Positions 12,780 to 24,618 of a DNA stretch of 64,000 bases are shown here, piece by piece. Origin of the DNA: Lysobacterales bacterium (GTDB taxonomy: Bacteria; Pseudomonadota; Gammaproteobacteria; Xanthomonadales; Xanthomonadaceae); the NCBI GenBank assembly GCA_038226665.1, contig JBBRQI010000003.1:38678-102677 (forward strand), written 5' to 3'. The notes beneath the pieces were generated by a model. It was not told the origin of the DNA. It saw nothing but the letters and a program-made list of their open reading frames with translations, and did not search any database. A program made the translations under genes and the position numbers. The first letter of the stretch is position 1. Each line of letters begins with the position of its first letter.

Positions 12780-14342
12780 ATGCGGGTACTGGCTTGTGAC
12801 GGGATCCACGAAGACGGCCTCGTGATGTTGCGCGAGGCGGGCTATGAGGTGCGCGTGAGCGATCCGATCAAGGATCCGGCGGCGCTTTCTGCTGCACTGA
12901 ACGATGTGGACGTGGTGCTGGTGCGTTCGTCGACGAATGTCACCGCGCAAGCGATTGCTGGCGCGGGCAAGCTCAAGGTGATTGGCCGCGCTGGCGCAGG
13001 CGTCGACACCATCGACGTCGACGCGGCCACGGAGCGCGGCATCGCGGTCATGAATGCGCCGGACGGCAACACGCTCGCGGCAGCCGAACACGCGATCTCG
13101 CTGCTGTTCGCGCTCGCGCGCCACATCCCGAAGGCCGACGCAGGCATGAAAGCCGGGCAATGGCCAAAGGCTGGGCTCACCGGTTTTGAACTCGAAGGAA
13201 AGCGGCTCGGCGTGATCGGCCTCGGCCGCATCGGCGCGACCGTCGCGCGCAAGGCGCAGGGCATCGGCATGGAAGTCGCCGCATACGATCCATTCCTGCC
13301 CGCAGCGGTCGCGGCGCGTTCCAACATCACGTTGAAGTCGCTCGACGAATTGCTTGCATGGGCCGACGTCATCACTTTGCACATGCCGCGCACGGCGGAA
13401 ACCACGAACCTGCTCAGCGCAGAGCGGCTGCGTTCGATGAAGAAGGGCGCGTACGTGATCAACGCCGCGCGCGGCGGACTTGTCGATGAAGACGCACTGT
13501 TGGCATTGCTCAACGAAGGCCATCTCGCCGGCGCTGCGCTTGATACCTTCGCGGTGGAACCGCTACCGGCCGATTCGCCGCTGCGCGCGCATCCGAAACT
13601 GATCCTCACGCCGCATCTCGGTGCATCGACCGGCGAAGCGCAACAGGCAGTCAGCACGATCCTCGCGCGGCAGATCATCGATTTCCTCAAGACCGGTGCG
13701 GTCGCCGGCTGCGTGAACCTGCCGCCGCTATCGGCTGAAGCCGCGCGCGAAGTCGGGCCGTGGATGCCGCTGATGACCGCGCTCGGCAAGCTCGCATCGC
13801 GCCTGCAGCACGCCCCATCCGAATTGCAGATCACCTACGCGGGCCGCACCGAAGGACTCGACACGCGGCCACTCACGCGCCTGCTGCTGACTGCACTGCT
13901 CGGCAGCGCATCGGGACGGGTCACACCGGTCAATGCATTGCACGAAGCCTCGGCGCGCGGGCTGCGCGTCAGCGAAACCGTAGGCGGCGACAGCGACGGT
14001 TTCGATCGCCTGCTGCGCGTGCGCGTCGTTGGCGAAGGCGGCTCCAGCGAGATTGAGGCGACGCTGCATCGCGGTCCGCGCGTCGTTCGTCTTGATGGCG
14101 TCGAACTCGACTTCGATCCGAACGCGCACATCGTCCTGCTGCGCAACGAGGATCGTCCCGGCATCGTCGGCATGGTCGGCAGCGAACTCGGCGCGGCGGG
14201 CGTCAACATCGTGAACTTCTCCCTCGGCGCGACCGGCGAAGGCCACGCGCTGGCTGCGATCACGGTGGATCGCCGCGTGCAGAACGCCGAACTCGACGCG
14301 CTGCGCGCCAAGCCCGGCATCCTCAGCATCGAGATGCTCTGA
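12780..14342 (+). CDS. serA: D-3-phosphoglycerate dehydrogenase (long form with C-terminal ACT domain)
   Basis: 520 aa. NAD-binding GVIGLGRIGATVA, a D-2-hydroxyacid dehydrogenase core (...INAARGGLVDE...HLGAST...), and a C-terminal ACT-like region (VLLRNEDRPGIVGMVGSELG). Confidence 0.9.
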   Translation: MRVLACDGIHEDGLVMLREAGYEVRVSDPIKDPAALSAALNDVDVVLVRSSTNVTAQAIAGAGKLKVIGRAGAGVDTIDVDAATERGIAVMNAPDGNTLAAAEHAISLLFALARHIPKADAGMKAGQWPKAGLTGFELEGKRLGVIGLGRIGATVARKAQGIGMEVAAYDPFLPAAVAARSNITLKSLDELLAWADVITLHMPRTAETTNLLSAERLRSMKKGAYVINAARGGLVDEDALLALLNEGHLAGAALDTFAVEPLPADSPLRAHPKLILTPHLGASTGEAQQAVSTILARQIIDFLKTGAVAGCVNLPPLSAEAAREVGPWMPLMTALGKLASRLQHAPSELQITYAGRTEGLDTRPLTRLLLTALLGSASGRVTPVNALHEASARGLRVSETVGGDSDGFDRLLRVRVVGEGGSSEIEATLHRGPRVVRLDGVELDFDPNAHIVLLRNEDRPGIVGMVGSELGAAGVNIVNFSLGATGEGHALAAITVDRRVQNAELDALRAKPGILSIEML

Positions 14343-14992
14343 TGCGCGTGCTGCTGGTGCGCCACGGCGAGACGCCGTGGAATGCCGAAGGCCGCTATCA
14401 GGGCCAGACCGACATTCCGTTGTCGGCACTCGGCGAGGAACAGGCGCGCAAGCTCGGAGCGCGATTGGCCGATGTTGAAATCACGCGTGCGGTGGCGTCG
14501 CCGCTGTCGCGCGCGCAGTTCACGGCCGAACTCGCGCTCGGGACTGCACGCGAATCGATGCTGACGATCGACGCCGGCTTCAGCGAAATCCATCACGGCA
14601 CATGGGAAGGAAAGCTCGCTGGCGAAATAGCCGCTGACGATGGCGAGCGTTTCGCCGCGTGGCGCAGCGCGCCGCATTCCGTGCTGATGCCTGGGATCGG
14701 CGGCGAATCTGTGGATCACGTACTGGATCGCGCGTGGCCAGCTTTGCAACGTGCGTGCGCTGGACTCGATACTTCCGATACGCTCTTGGTCGTCGCGCAC
14801 GATGCGGTCAATCGCGTGCTGTTATGCCGAATTCTCGGGATCCCGCTGTCGAAGTTGTGGGGTTTTCGACAGGCACCGACGACGTTGAACCTGCTCGAAG
14901 GCAACGATGTGGACTCTCTGGAGGTCGTGCGCCTCAATGACTGCAGCCACCACACCGCGTTGTTCGGCGAAGCGGTGCATCGCGCGTTGTAG
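14342..14992 (+). CDS. histidine phosphatase family protein (phosphoglycerate mutase-like)
   Basis: The N-terminus has the RHGETPWN catalytic motif. Its ATG overlaps the serA TGA by 1 nt. Confidence 0.8.
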   Translation: MRVLLVRHGETPWNAEGRYQGQTDIPLSALGEEQARKLGARLADVEITRAVASPLSRAQFTAELALGTARESMLTIDAGFSEIHHGTWEGKLAGEIAADDGERFAAWRSAPHSVLMPGIGGESVDHVLDRAWPALQRACAGLDTSDTLLVVAHDAVNRVLLCRILGIPLSKLWGFRQAPTTLNLLEGNDVDSLEVVRLNDCSHHTALFGEAVHRAL

Positions 14993-15012
14993 CTCATTCG
15001 ATGGCATCAACG

Positions 15013-15041
15013 AAAAACAGCGACCATGAGTCGCCGTTTTT
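15013..15041. terminator. bidirectional hairpin terminator between the phosphatase gene (+) and infA (-)
   Basis: The sequence aaaaacagcgac-catga-gtcgccgttttt forms a stem with one mismatch, flanked by an A5 run and a T5 run. Confidence 0.55.
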
Positions 15042-15095
15042 AGATCCCGTATCAGCGTGCATCCATGCACTGTACAGGATGGCGAATTCCTGTCG

Positions 15096-15314
15096 TCACT
15101 TCATGCGGTAAGTGATGCGGCCCTTGCTGAGATCGTACGGCGTCATCTCGATCTTGACCTTGTCGCCGGTCAGAATGCGGATATAGTTCTTGCGCATGCG
15201 CCCGGAGATGTGCGCGATGATCACATGGCTGTTTTCCAGCTTCACGCGGAACATGGTGTTCGGCAAGGTCTCGAGGATGGTGCCTTCGAGTTCGATAGCG
15301 TCGTCTTTCGACAT
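15096..15314 (-). CDS. infA: translation initiation factor IF-1
   Basis: 72 aa. [70 protein letters not shown] is near-identical to canonical IF-1. Confidence 0.97.
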   Translation of the reverse strand: MSKDDAIELEGTILETLPNTMFRVKLENSHVIIAHISGRMRKNYIRILTGDKVKIEMTPYDLSKGRITYRMK

Positions 15315-15407
15315 GCGGTGCCTAGATTAAATGCGGGAGTATTAGCGGCGGGGTCGCGCTTAAGTCGTCAATTGTGCCACGCGGCACGTTCTAGGGTCAA
15401 AAATTTG

Positions 15408-16160
15408 TTAATCGGACGATGGAGCCGCCTCCAGTAACCAATGCATGCCGCGCTCGGCGACGCTTTGCGCCCACGGTCCAGGATCGCTTTTAAGTGCGGT
15501 TTGCCGCGCGACGATCTCCAGAAACGCATCGCGCGGCATCGTCTCCGCACCCATGCGCAGCAGGTGCCCGGACTCGACCTGCGCATCGAACAGCGGCCAA
15601 CCCCATTCGCGCAGGATTGCCGCGAGTGCGGCGAGTGCGACCTTCGAGCCGCCCGACACGGCGCTGAACATGCTTTCGGCAAACAACATCCGCCCGATCG
15701 CGACGCCGTAAAGACCGCCAACCAGCAACGAACCTTCCCAGACTTCGATCGCATGCGCATGACCATGGCGATGTAAGTCGCCATATGCAGAACGCATCGT
15801 GGGCGTGATCCAGGTTCCATCTTGGCCAGTTCTTGGGCTGTTGGCGCAATTCAGCACGACCCGATCGAACGCGGTATCGGCGCGGATGGTCCAGTCGAGT
15901 GCCTTCAATTCACGCCGGAAGCGTCGCGACAGATGCACGCCATCGCTGCGAAAAACCATGCGCGGATCGGGACTCCACCACAGGATCGGCTGGCCCTCCG
16001 AGTACCATGGGAAAATCCCGTGTGCATAGGCATTCAGCAGGCGCGGTGGCGACAGATCGCCACCGAATGCGAGCAGACCATCGGGATTGCGCAGGGCGCT
16101 TCGCGGATCGGGAAACGGCGCGTACGAATCGTCCGGCAACTGCGGGATGCGCAATGTCAT
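15408..16160 (-). CDS. aat: leucyl/phenylalanyl-tRNA--protein transferase
   Basis: 250 aa with the Aat signatures GIFPWYSEGQPILWWSPDPRMV and HGHAHAIEVWEG..LVGGLYG. Lies upstream of infA as in E. coli. Confidence 0.9.
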   Translation of the reverse strand: MTLRIPQLPDDSYAPFPDPRSALRNPDGLLAFGGDLSPPRLLNAYAHGIFPWYSEGQPILWWSPDPRMVFRSDGVHLSRRFRRELKALDWTIRADTAFDRVVLNCANSPRTGQDGTWITPTMRSAYGDLHRHGHAHAIEVWEGSLLVGGLYGVAIGRMLFAESMFSAVSGGSKVALAALAAILREWGWPLFDAQVESGHLLRMGAETMPRDAFLEIVARQTALKSDPGPWAQSVAERGMHWLLEAAPSSD

Positions 16161-17290
16161 GGCGCGACGTCATTGCGATACGGCGAATGCGCGAGCACGG
16201 CGCGCTGGTACTGTTCTACAGCGCGGCGTTCCTCAATGCACCAGCGCGCGAATGCACCGTTCAGGCCATCCTCGACGAAATGATGGCGGCTGCGCGTGAC
16301 GACTGGCATGAACCCGCGCGCGATCTTGTGCTCGCCCTGCGCGCCGGGCTCGAAGACACGCACGCCTTCGCGCAGGCAATAGTCGATGCCCTGGTAGTAG
16401 CAAGTCTCGAAATGCAATCCGGGCACTTCCTCGAAGCAACCCCAATAGCGTCCATACAATGTGTCGCCACCGCGCATGCACAATGCGCCGGCAATCGTCG
16501 CGCCGTTTCGTTGAGCAAGAATCAACACGAGTGCGCGCGGCATCGCGATCGCAAGATGCTGGAAGAACGCCAGCGTCAAGGCCGCCGAATTGCCCTTGCC
16601 TGCGAACGCGCACAGGTACAGTGCGTGCATGTCGGCGATGTCGGATGGACTGGCTTCGTCACCGTGCACGATACGGAACGTGATGCGTGCGTCCTGGACT
16701 TGCTTGCGTTCGTGGCGGATGTTCTTGCGCTTCTTCGATTGCAGCGCTGCGAGGAAGTCGTCGAACGTTTTCCAGCCCGCGTCATTGTGCCAGTGGAATT
16801 GCACGTCGATGCGTTCGAGCCATTCGGATGGACAGGCAGCATTCTCCGCATCGGTCAGGAAGTTCGCGTGCAGCGACGAGAGTTTTAGTTGCTGCGCCGA
16901 TTCGACGAGCAATCGACAGAACTCTTTGCGAGTCGTTTCATCGCGCGCAAGAAATCGTGGCCCGGCCACCGGCGTGTACGGAATCGCGAACAGCCATTTC
17001 GGATAGTAGTCGCGGCCCGCGCGCTCGATCGCCGCTGCCCATTGATGATCGAAGACGAACTCGCCGTGCGAATTGCCTTTCAGGTATCCGGGCGCAGCGG
17101 CGATCAGCTCATCGCCATCCCACAACGCCGGATGTAGCGGCGACCATCCCCAATCCGGACGCAGGCAGCCGTGCTGTTCGAGCCCTGCAAGGAATGCATG
17201 TGCGACAAACGGGTTGCGTCCATCGTGCAACGCGTCCCATTGCGACGCGGGGATGTCGGAGATGACCTTGTGCATGCGGAATTCGGGCAT
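16157..17290 (-). CDS. GNAT-fold / FemAB-like N-acyltransferase family protein (DUF482/COG3146 type)
   Basis: 377 aa. NPFVAHAFLAGLEQHGCLRPDWGWSP...GNSHGEFVFDHQWA matches this conserved uncharacterised family from memory. There is a 4-nt overlap with aat. Confidence 0.7.
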   Translation of the reverse strand: MPEFRMHKVISDIPASQWDALHDGRNPFVAHAFLAGLEQHGCLRPDWGWSPLHPALWDGDELIAAAPGYLKGNSHGEFVFDHQWAAAIERAGRDYYPKWLFAIPYTPVAGPRFLARDETTRKEFCRLLVESAQQLKLSSLHANFLTDAENAACPSEWLERIDVQFHWHNDAGWKTFDDFLAALQSKKRKNIRHERKQVQDARITFRIVHGDEASPSDIADMHALYLCAFAGKGNSAALTLAFFQHLAIAMPRALVLILAQRNGATIAGALCMRGGDTLYGRYWGCFEEVPGLHFETCYYQGIDYCLREGVRVFEPGAQGEHKIARGFMPVVTRSRHHFVEDGLNGAFARWCIEERRAVEQYQRAVLAHSPYRNDVAP

Positions 17291-17349
17291 GGCACAAGAC
17301 TAACCGACAGAGCAATCGTTCGACGCTGCAGTCGCTTCAACGAAACCGA

Positions 17350-18324
<975 letters not shown>

Positions 18325-18576
18325 CTATACTCGCGGGGCAGGAAAGGGGCTGGTTCGGGACGGTAGCGGGCGACATTGCGTCGCGGCAACCCGACCAGAA
18401 TGCGGGGATCAAGTCGTCTTATCAAGATGACCTGATTCTAAAGTGACCCAACGCGCGCCACGATCCGCATCCACCCATATCGACCGCACGATCCACCGTC
18501 ATCGCTCGCCAAGGCCGTGCATTGGCAGGTTTCAGGCGGCTATCTTCGCCATCATCACGTCCCACGGAGAATCTCC

Positions 18577-19644
18577 ATGCGCATCGGCATCCCCCGCGAA
18601 ACCAAGACCCTCGAAGGTCGTGTCGCCCTCGTCCCCGCAGCTGCCGGCCACTTGGTGCAGCGCGGCCACGAGGTGTGGATCGAGAAGGACGCCGGCGTGA
18701 AGTCCGGTTTCAGGGACGAGCAATACATCGCGCTCGGCGTGAAGATTGCGCCCGATGCGGCCGCGCTGTACGAGAAGGGCGAATTGATCGTCAAGGTCAA
18801 GGAACCGATCGCCGGCGACCTCGCGCTGCTGCGCAAGGATCATCTGCTGTTTTGTTACCTGCATCTCGCGGCAGAGCCTAAGCTCACCCGCCAGCTGCTC
18901 GACATCGGCCTGACCGGCGTCGCGTTCGAGACCGTCGAGTTGCCGAATGGCGACCTGCCGTTGCTCGCGCCGATGTCGATCATCGCCGGCCGCATTGGCG
19001 TACAGGTTGGTACGCACCTGTTGCACCAGCCGATGGGCGGCAAGGGCAAGCTGCTCGGCGGCCTGCCGTCGACCGAGCGCGGCAAGGTCGTGGTATTCGG
19101 TGCTGGCGCGGCCGGCGGCAATTCGGCGGCGCTGGCCGCGGCTGGCGGATCGAATGTTGTCGTGTTCGAAATGCGCGCCGACCGCATGGAAGAAATGATG
19201 CGCCTCGGCAATAACGTCACTGCGCTGTTTCCGTATGAAGACGTGGTCGCGCGCGAAGTCGCGTCGGCCGATCTCGTCGTCGGCGCGGTGCTGGTCACCG
19301 GCGCGAAGGCGCCCCATGTTATGACGCGTGCGATGGTCGCGCAGATGGAGCCGGGCAGCGTGGTCGTCGACATCTCGGTAGATCAGGGCGGTTGCTTTGA
19401 AACCACGCGCCCGACCACTTGGAAGGAACCGACCTACGTGGAGGAAGGGGTCACCCACTTCGCGGTCACCAACATGCCCGGCGCCGTGCCGCAGACCTCG
19501 TCGCAGGCGATCTGCGCGGCGATCCTGCCCTATGTCAACAAGCTCGCCGCCGGCGAGTGGCGCGGCAACGATGCGTTGAAGCGCGGCATCAACATCGAAG
19601 CCGGCAAAATCGTGCATCCGGCGTTGCTGGATATGAAGGTCTGA
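18577..19644 (+). CDS. ald: alanine dehydrogenase
   Basis: Internal ATG preceded by GGAGA. MRIGIPRETKTLEGRVALVP..., NAD motif VVVFGAGAAGGNSA, and ...HFAVTNMPGAVP... are typical of Ald. Confidence 0.92.
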   Translation: MRIGIPRETKTLEGRVALVPAAAGHLVQRGHEVWIEKDAGVKSGFRDEQYIALGVKIAPDAAALYEKGELIVKVKEPIAGDLALLRKDHLLFCYLHLAAEPKLTRQLLDIGLTGVAFETVELPNGDLPLLAPMSIIAGRIGVQVGTHLLHQPMGGKGKLLGGLPSTERGKVVVFGAGAAGGNSAALAAAGGSNVVVFEMRADRMEEMMRLGNNVTALFPYEDVVAREVASADLVVGAVLVTGAKAPHVMTRAMVAQMEPGSVVVDISVDQGGCFETTRPTTWKEPTYVEEGVTHFAVTNMPGAVPQTSSQAICAAILPYVNKLAAGEWRGNDALKRGINIEAGKIVHPALLDMKV

Positions 19645-19682
19645 GATCGGAATTCTCGCTATCCAACCTTGGCAGTGTCCGC

Positions 19683-19910
19683 ATGGCAATGACCCGCAGC
19701 GAAATCGACAGCATCCTTGAAGAGCTCGAGCAGGAACTGCCGATGCTCCTGCAGGACAACGCCGACCCGGATGATTTCTGGATGGCGTTCGCGGCCATGT
19801 CGGATGCGATCGAGGATGGCACCAATCGGGAAGACTTGCCATACGTGCGCGGGCGCATCGACGGCATGCTCGCCGCGCATGGTGTGAAGTCGCCGGATGG
19901 CAAGAGCTGA
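19683..19910 (+). CDS. hypothetical small acidic protein
   Basis: 75-codon frame (MAMTRSEIDSILEELEQELPMLLQDN...) inside ORF 19419..19910, 39 nt after ald. No family recognised. Confidence 0.4.
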   Translation: MAMTRSEIDSILEELEQELPMLLQDNADPDDFWMAFAAMSDAIEDGTNREDLPYVRGRIDGMLAAHGVKSPDGKS

Positions 19911-20003
19911 TCCGCATGCCATGTTGCAACTGGCATCTTTCTGTTTATTTTCAGCGATTAAGGCGATACTCTTGAGACGATTTCTGACTGGCCGAATCGG
20001 CGC

Positions 20004-22358
20004 TTGAAGACTGTGGCTCGCCCGACCAAGGAACGCATCCCCGCGCGCGGCGCAGCTCCGCCGCAGCCCCAATCGTCGCGACGGTTCTGGCACGAGCTCG
20101 CGTCGGTCATCATTGTACCGACACTGGTGTATCTCGCCGTCAGTCTGCTGACCTACAGTCCGGACGATCCCAGCCGATCCAATGCAGGCAGCCTGACGGG
20201 TGCGCTGCACAATTGGGGCGGCACTGCCGGTGCATACATCGCCGACATCGCGTTCAATTTTTGCGGATATGCCGCGTATGCGCTGCCGCTGATCATCGGC
20301 GGTCTGCTCTGGATCGCATTGTTCGATCGCGATGGCCGAAGCGATGCCGGCCTGACCCCCGCGCTGCGCCTGATCGGCATCGTCTCCTTCCTGATCTCGG
20401 CAACCGGCCTGGCCCAATTGCATTGGGATCCGGCGCCCAGGCTGCCTGCTGGAGGCGGCGGCATCCTCGGCAGAGTGGTGGGCCACAGCATTGATAACCT
20501 GCTCGGGGCGTTCGGTGCAAACCTGTTCCTATCGGCATTGTTGCTTGCGGCGTTGACACTCGCGACCGGCATCTCGTGGCTGGCGGTAATGGATCGCACC
20601 GGCAGTTTTGTTGTCGCGGGTTTCCAGTTCATCGGCCGCTTGTTCGGGCGCGGCGTCAAGAGCGCCGACGAATGGAGCCAGGCGCGCGCGGCGAAGGTCG
20701 AGCGCGAGGAAGTGCGCAAGGAAGACATCGTGCGCCGTGCCAAGCGCGAACCCGTGCACATCGAGCCGCCGCCGAAACCGATCATCGAGAAAAGCGATCG
20801 CGCCAAGCGCGAACAGCAGATCCCGCTATTCCATGCAGACTCCGTCGGTGGCCTGCCGCCGCTGTCGTTGCTCGACGATCCCAAGCCGCAGCCGAAGTCG
20901 TATTCCGAGGAAACGCTGGAAACTTTGTCGCGACAGATCGAATTCAAGCTCAAGGATTTCCGCATCGACGTCACCGTCGTCGGCGCCTATCCAGGACCGG
21001 TGATCACGCGCTTCGAGATGGAGCTCGCGCCCGGCGTCAAGGTCAGCCAGATTTCCAGCCTCGACAAGGACATTGCGCGCGGCCTGTCGGTGAAATCGGT
21101 GCGCGTGGTCGACGTGATCCCGGGCAAGTCGGTGATCGGCATCGAGATCCCGAATGCGCAACGCGAGACGATCTACCTGTCGGAAATCCTGCGCTCGAAG
21201 GAATACGACAAGTCCGCAAGCCCGTTGACCCTCGCGTTAGGCAAGACGATCAGTGGATTGCCATCAGTCGTCGATCTCGGGCGCATGCCGCATCTGCTGG
21301 TCGCGGGTACGACCGGTGCCGGCAAGTCCGTGGGCTTGAACGCGATGGTGCTGAGCCTGTTGTACAAGGCCAGCGCGCAGGAAGTGCGCGTACTGATGAT
21401 CGACCCGAAGATGCTGGAACTGTCGGTCTATCAGGGCATTCCACACCTGCTGGCACCGGTCGTCACCGACATGAAGGAAGCCGCGAACGGCCTGCGCTGG
21501 TGCGTGGCGGAGATGGAGCGCCGCTACAAGCTGATGGCGACGGTCGGCGTGCGTAACCTCGCCGGCTTCAACAAGAAGGTGCGCGACGCGAGCGAAGCTG
21601 GCCAGCCGATGATGGATCCGCTATTCCGCCCGAATCCGGGTTTGAACGAAGCGCCGCGTCCGCTCGAACCGATCCCGAACATCGTCGTCATCATCGACGA
21701 ATTCGCCGACATGATGATGATCGTCGGCAAGAAGGTCGAGGAACTGATCGCGCGGCTCGCGCAGAAATCGCGCGCGGCCGGTATCCACCTGATCCTTGCG
21801 ACACAGCGGCCGTCGGTCGATGTCATCACCGGTTTGATCAAGGCCAATATCCCGACCCGCATCGCATTCCAGGTCAGCAGCAAAATCGATTCGCGCACCA
21901 TTCTTGACCAGTCCGGCGCGGAAACACTACTGGGCCACGGCGACATGCTGTACCTGCCGCCTGGTACCGCGATGCCCGAGCGCGTGCACGGCGCATTCGT
22001 TTCCGACGATGAAGTGCATCGAGTGGTCGATCACCTGCGCAAGCATTCCAGCGGGCCAGACTATATCGGGGGCGTGCTCGAGGAAGTGCAGACGATGGGC
22101 GATGGAGTCGTAGTCGGCGCAACCGGACTGCCGGAGTCAGGCGGCGGTGGCGACGAATCCGATCCGCTCTACGACGAAGCCGTGCGCATCGTGACCGAAA
22201 CGCGGCGTGCGTCGATCTCCGGCGTGCAGCGGCGCCTGAAGATCGGCTACAACCGCGCCGCACGGATGATCGAGGCGATGGAAGCTGCGGGTATTGTGAC
22301 CCCGCCAGAACACAACGGTGACCGCAGCGTGCTGGCCCCACCGCCCCCGAAGAGCTGA
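20004..22358 (+). CDS. ftsK: DNA translocase FtsK
   Basis: 784 aa. N-terminal TM segments, motor domain with Walker [10 protein letters not shown], ...[11 protein letters not shown]..., and a C-terminal gamma winged-helix ([25 protein letters not shown]). TTG start at 20004 is uncertain; a GTG at 20013 is possible. Confidence 0.93.
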   Translation: MKTVARPTKERIPARGAAPPQPQSSRRFWHELASVIIVPTLVYLAVSLLTYSPDDPSRSNAGSLTGALHNWGGTAGAYIADIAFNFCGYAAYALPLIIGGLLWIALFDRDGRSDAGLTPALRLIGIVSFLISATGLAQLHWDPAPRLPAGGGGILGRVVGHSIDNLLGAFGANLFLSALLLAALTLATGISWLAVMDRTGSFVVAGFQFIGRLFGRGVKSADEWSQARAAKVEREEVRKEDIVRRAKREPVHIEPPPKPIIEKSDRAKREQQIPLFHADSVGGLPPLSLLDDPKPQPKSYSEETLETLSRQIEFKLKDFRIDVTVVGAYPGPVITRFEMELAPGVKVSQISSLDKDIARGLSVKSVRVVDVIPGKSVIGIEIPNAQRETIYLSEILRSKEYDKSASPLTLALGKTISGLPSVVDLGRMPHLLVAGTTGAGKSVGLNAMVLSLLYKASAQEVRVLMIDPKMLELSVYQGIPHLLAPVVTDMKEAANGLRWCVAEMERRYKLMATVGVRNLAGFNKKVRDASEAGQPMMDPLFRPNPGLNEAPRPLEPIPNIVVIIDEFADMMMIVGKKVEELIARLAQKSRAAGIHLILATQRPSVDVITGLIKANIPTRIAFQVSSKIDSRTILDQSGAETLLGHGDMLYLPPGTAMPERVHGAFVSDDEVHRVVDHLRKHSSGPDYIGGVLEEVQTMGDGVVVGATGLPESGGGGDESDPLYDEAVRIVTETRRASISGVQRRLKIGYNRAARMIEAMEAAGIVTPPEHNGDRSVLAPPPPKS

Positions 22359-22443
22359 CACCCCACTGCTTGGAATCGTCGCGTTTCCAGTCGCATTCAG
22401 GCTGGTTCTTCCAGACTGCGTCCCTATAGTTTCAGGACTCGCC

Positions 22444-23106
22444 ATGACCCGCATTGTCCACAACATTTTTCTTGCCCTCGGCATAGGCGCGGCAGCGCTC
22501 GCAAGCGCAGGCCCACGCGAGGATTTCGCGCATTACACCCAAGGGCTGAAAGGGCTCGACGGCAAGTTCGAGCAGAAAGTGTTCGAGGCCAGCGGCAAGA
22601 TGAAGGAAGACTCGACCGGAAGTGTTGCGTTGTCCGCCCCGCGTCTGTTCCGCTGGGAATACGTGAAGCCGAATCCGCAACTGATCGTCGCCGATGGCGA
22701 TCATGTCTGGGTGTACGACCCGGATCTCGAACAGGTCACTGTGAAGAACCAGGGCACTGAGGAGCAACAGAGCCCGTTGACCGTGCTGATCGACCCGACC
22801 GAACTCGACCATCGCTATGCCGTGGGCGATGCAGGCACGCACGACGGCCTGAAGTGGATCAGCCTCGCGCCGAAGAAGAAGGACGACGACTCCGAATTCA
22901 AGGTCGCGATGCTCGGTTTCAACGGCGACAACCTGCTACAGATGAACCTCACCGACAATCTCGGCCAGCGCACGGAAATCGCGTTCAGCGGCTGGCATCG
23001 CAATCCGACGTTCGCGAAAGGAACCTTCGCGTTCACGCCACCGAAGGGCGTGGATATCGTGGGCGAAGTTGGAAAGGGCGCCGAAGTCACTCCACTGAAG
23101 AATTGA
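22444..23106 (+). CDS. lolA: outer-membrane lipoprotein carrier protein LolA
   Basis: Internal ATG of ORF 22318..23106. Signal peptide MTRIVHNIFLALGIGAAALASA, then ...LFRWEYVKPNPQLIVADGDHVWVYDPDLEQVT..., typical of LolA. Position after ftsK is conserved. Confidence 0.85.
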   Translation: MTRIVHNIFLALGIGAAALASAGPREDFAHYTQGLKGLDGKFEQKVFEASGKMKEDSTGSVALSAPRLFRWEYVKPNPQLIVADGDHVWVYDPDLEQVTVKNQGTEEQQSPLTVLIDPTELDHRYAVGDAGTHDGLKWISLAPKKKDDDSEFKVAMLGFNGDNLLQMNLTDNLGQRTEIAFSGWHRNPTFAKGTFAFTPPKGVDIVGEVGKGAEVTPLKN

Positions 23107-23158
23107 CCGATTGCTGGATCGCCCCAGTCATCAAGACGCACGCAGGTAGAATGCCAGC

Positions 23159-24499
23159 GTGGCCAAGTCGAAACCGCGTTCCGCACCATTATTCACCGCG
23201 CCAGAAGGCTTGAAGCCGCTGGCCGAGCGTATGCGTCCGCGCACGCTCGGCGAGATGGTCGGCCAGCGTCGTCTGCTTGCCGAAGGCGCCTCGCTGCGGC
23301 GCGCTATCGAAGCGGGCAGCGTGCATTCGATGATCCTGTGGGGGCCGCCTGGTTGCGGCAAGACAACGCTTGCGTTGTTGCTCGCGAAATATGCGGATGC
23401 TGAATTCGTTGCGATCTCCGCGGTGCTGTCGGGCTTGCCCGAAGTACGCGAAGTGCTGGCTACGGCTCAGGATCGTTTCGTGCAGGGCCGGCGCACGGTG
23501 CTGTTCGTGGACGAAGTGCACCGCTTCAACAAGGCGCAGCAGGATGCGTTCCTGCCGCACATCGAACGCGGTTCGATCCTGTTCGTCGGTGCGACCACCG
23601 AGAATCCGTCGTTCGAGCTGAACTCGGCACTCCTCTCACGTTGCCGCGTGCATGTGCTGGAAGCACTGTCTGTCGAGGACATCGCCGAAGCCCTGCGGCA
23701 TGCGCTCGCCGATAGCGAACATGGTCTCGGCGGACGCGGTCTCGTCGTGGAAGATGTGCAATTGCATCTGATCGCGCGCGCGGGCGATGGCGACGTGCGC
23801 CGCGGGCTGACCCTACTCGAGATTGCAGCGGAACTCGCAAGCGAGGGTGGTGCAATCACGAATGCGACGCTCGATCAGGTGCTCGCTGATCGCACGCGCC
23901 GTTTCGACAAGGGCGGCGAGCAGTTCTATGACCAGATCTCCGCATTGCACAAGACGATACGCAGCTCCAATCCTGATGCCGCGCTGTACTGGTTCGCGCG
24001 CATGCTCGATGGCGGTTGCGACCCGATCTATCTCGCACGCCGGCTCACGCGCATGGCGGTCGAAGACATCGGGCTTGCCGATCCGCGCGCGTTGCAGATG
24101 GCGATCGAGGCCTGGGATGCGTTCGACCGGCTCGGCAGTCCGGAGGGCGACCTTGCACTCGCGCAGGTCGTGATCTATCTCGCCAGCACCGCGAAATCGA
24201 ATGCTGCGTATGTGGCGTTTGGCGATGCGCAGCGCGATGTGCGTGAGCACGGTACTGCCGACGTGCCGATGCACCTGCGCAACGCGCCCACGAAACTTAT
24301 GAAGAGCTTGGGCTACTCGAAGGGTTATCAGTACGACCACGATGCCGAAGGCGGCATCGCGCTCGACCAGACTGGATTTCCTGATGCGTTCGGCGAACGC
24401 GTCTATTACAAACCGGTCGAACGCGGCATGGAACTCAAGCTCAGGGAAAAACTCAACGCCCTCCGCGCTGCACGGGCGCATGCGCGCACGAAACAGTGA
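23159..24499 (+). CDS. rarA: replication-associated recombination protein A (MgsA/RarA AAA+ ATPase)
   Basis: 446 aa with [12 protein letters not shown], Walker [24 protein letters not shown], and C-terminal ...[24 protein letters not shown]. Confidence 0.93.
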   Translation: MAKSKPRSAPLFTAPEGLKPLAERMRPRTLGEMVGQRRLLAEGASLRRAIEAGSVHSMILWGPPGCGKTTLALLLAKYADAEFVAISAVLSGLPEVREVLATAQDRFVQGRRTVLFVDEVHRFNKAQQDAFLPHIERGSILFVGATTENPSFELNSALLSRCRVHVLEALSVEDIAEALRHALADSEHGLGGRGLVVEDVQLHLIARAGDGDVRRGLTLLEIAAELASEGGAITNATLDQVLADRTRRFDKGGEQFYDQISALHKTIRSSNPDAALYWFARMLDGGCDPIYLARRLTRMAVEDIGLADPRALQMAIEAWDAFDRLGSPEGDLALAQVVIYLASTAKSNAAYVAFGDAQRDVREHGTADVPMHLRNAPTKLMKSLGYSKGYQYDHDAEGGIALDQTGFPDAFGERVYYKPVERGMELKLREKLNALRAARAHARTKQ

Positions 24500-24574
24500 C
24501 CATGGCGCGCGCGGCGCAGCCTGCAAACCCTGCGCGGCTGTCGGCTTTGTCTCGCGTGGCGCGCGCTCTAAAAA

Positions 24575-24600
24575 GATAAGGACTTCTTCCGGTCCTTATC
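24575..24600 (-). terminator. hairpin terminator; the T-run lies on the minus strand, downstream of the DUF3494 gene
   Basis: gataaggac / gtccttatc is a 9-bp stem with an 8-nt loop. On the minus strand it is followed by TTTT(T). Confidence 0.5.
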
Positions 24601-24618
24601 TTCCAGTTCCTTTGGCAA

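Noticed and set aside
18532-19929. 465-aa minus-strand ORF
   Set aside because: Antisense to alanine dehydrogenase, with no motifs. GC-driven open frame.
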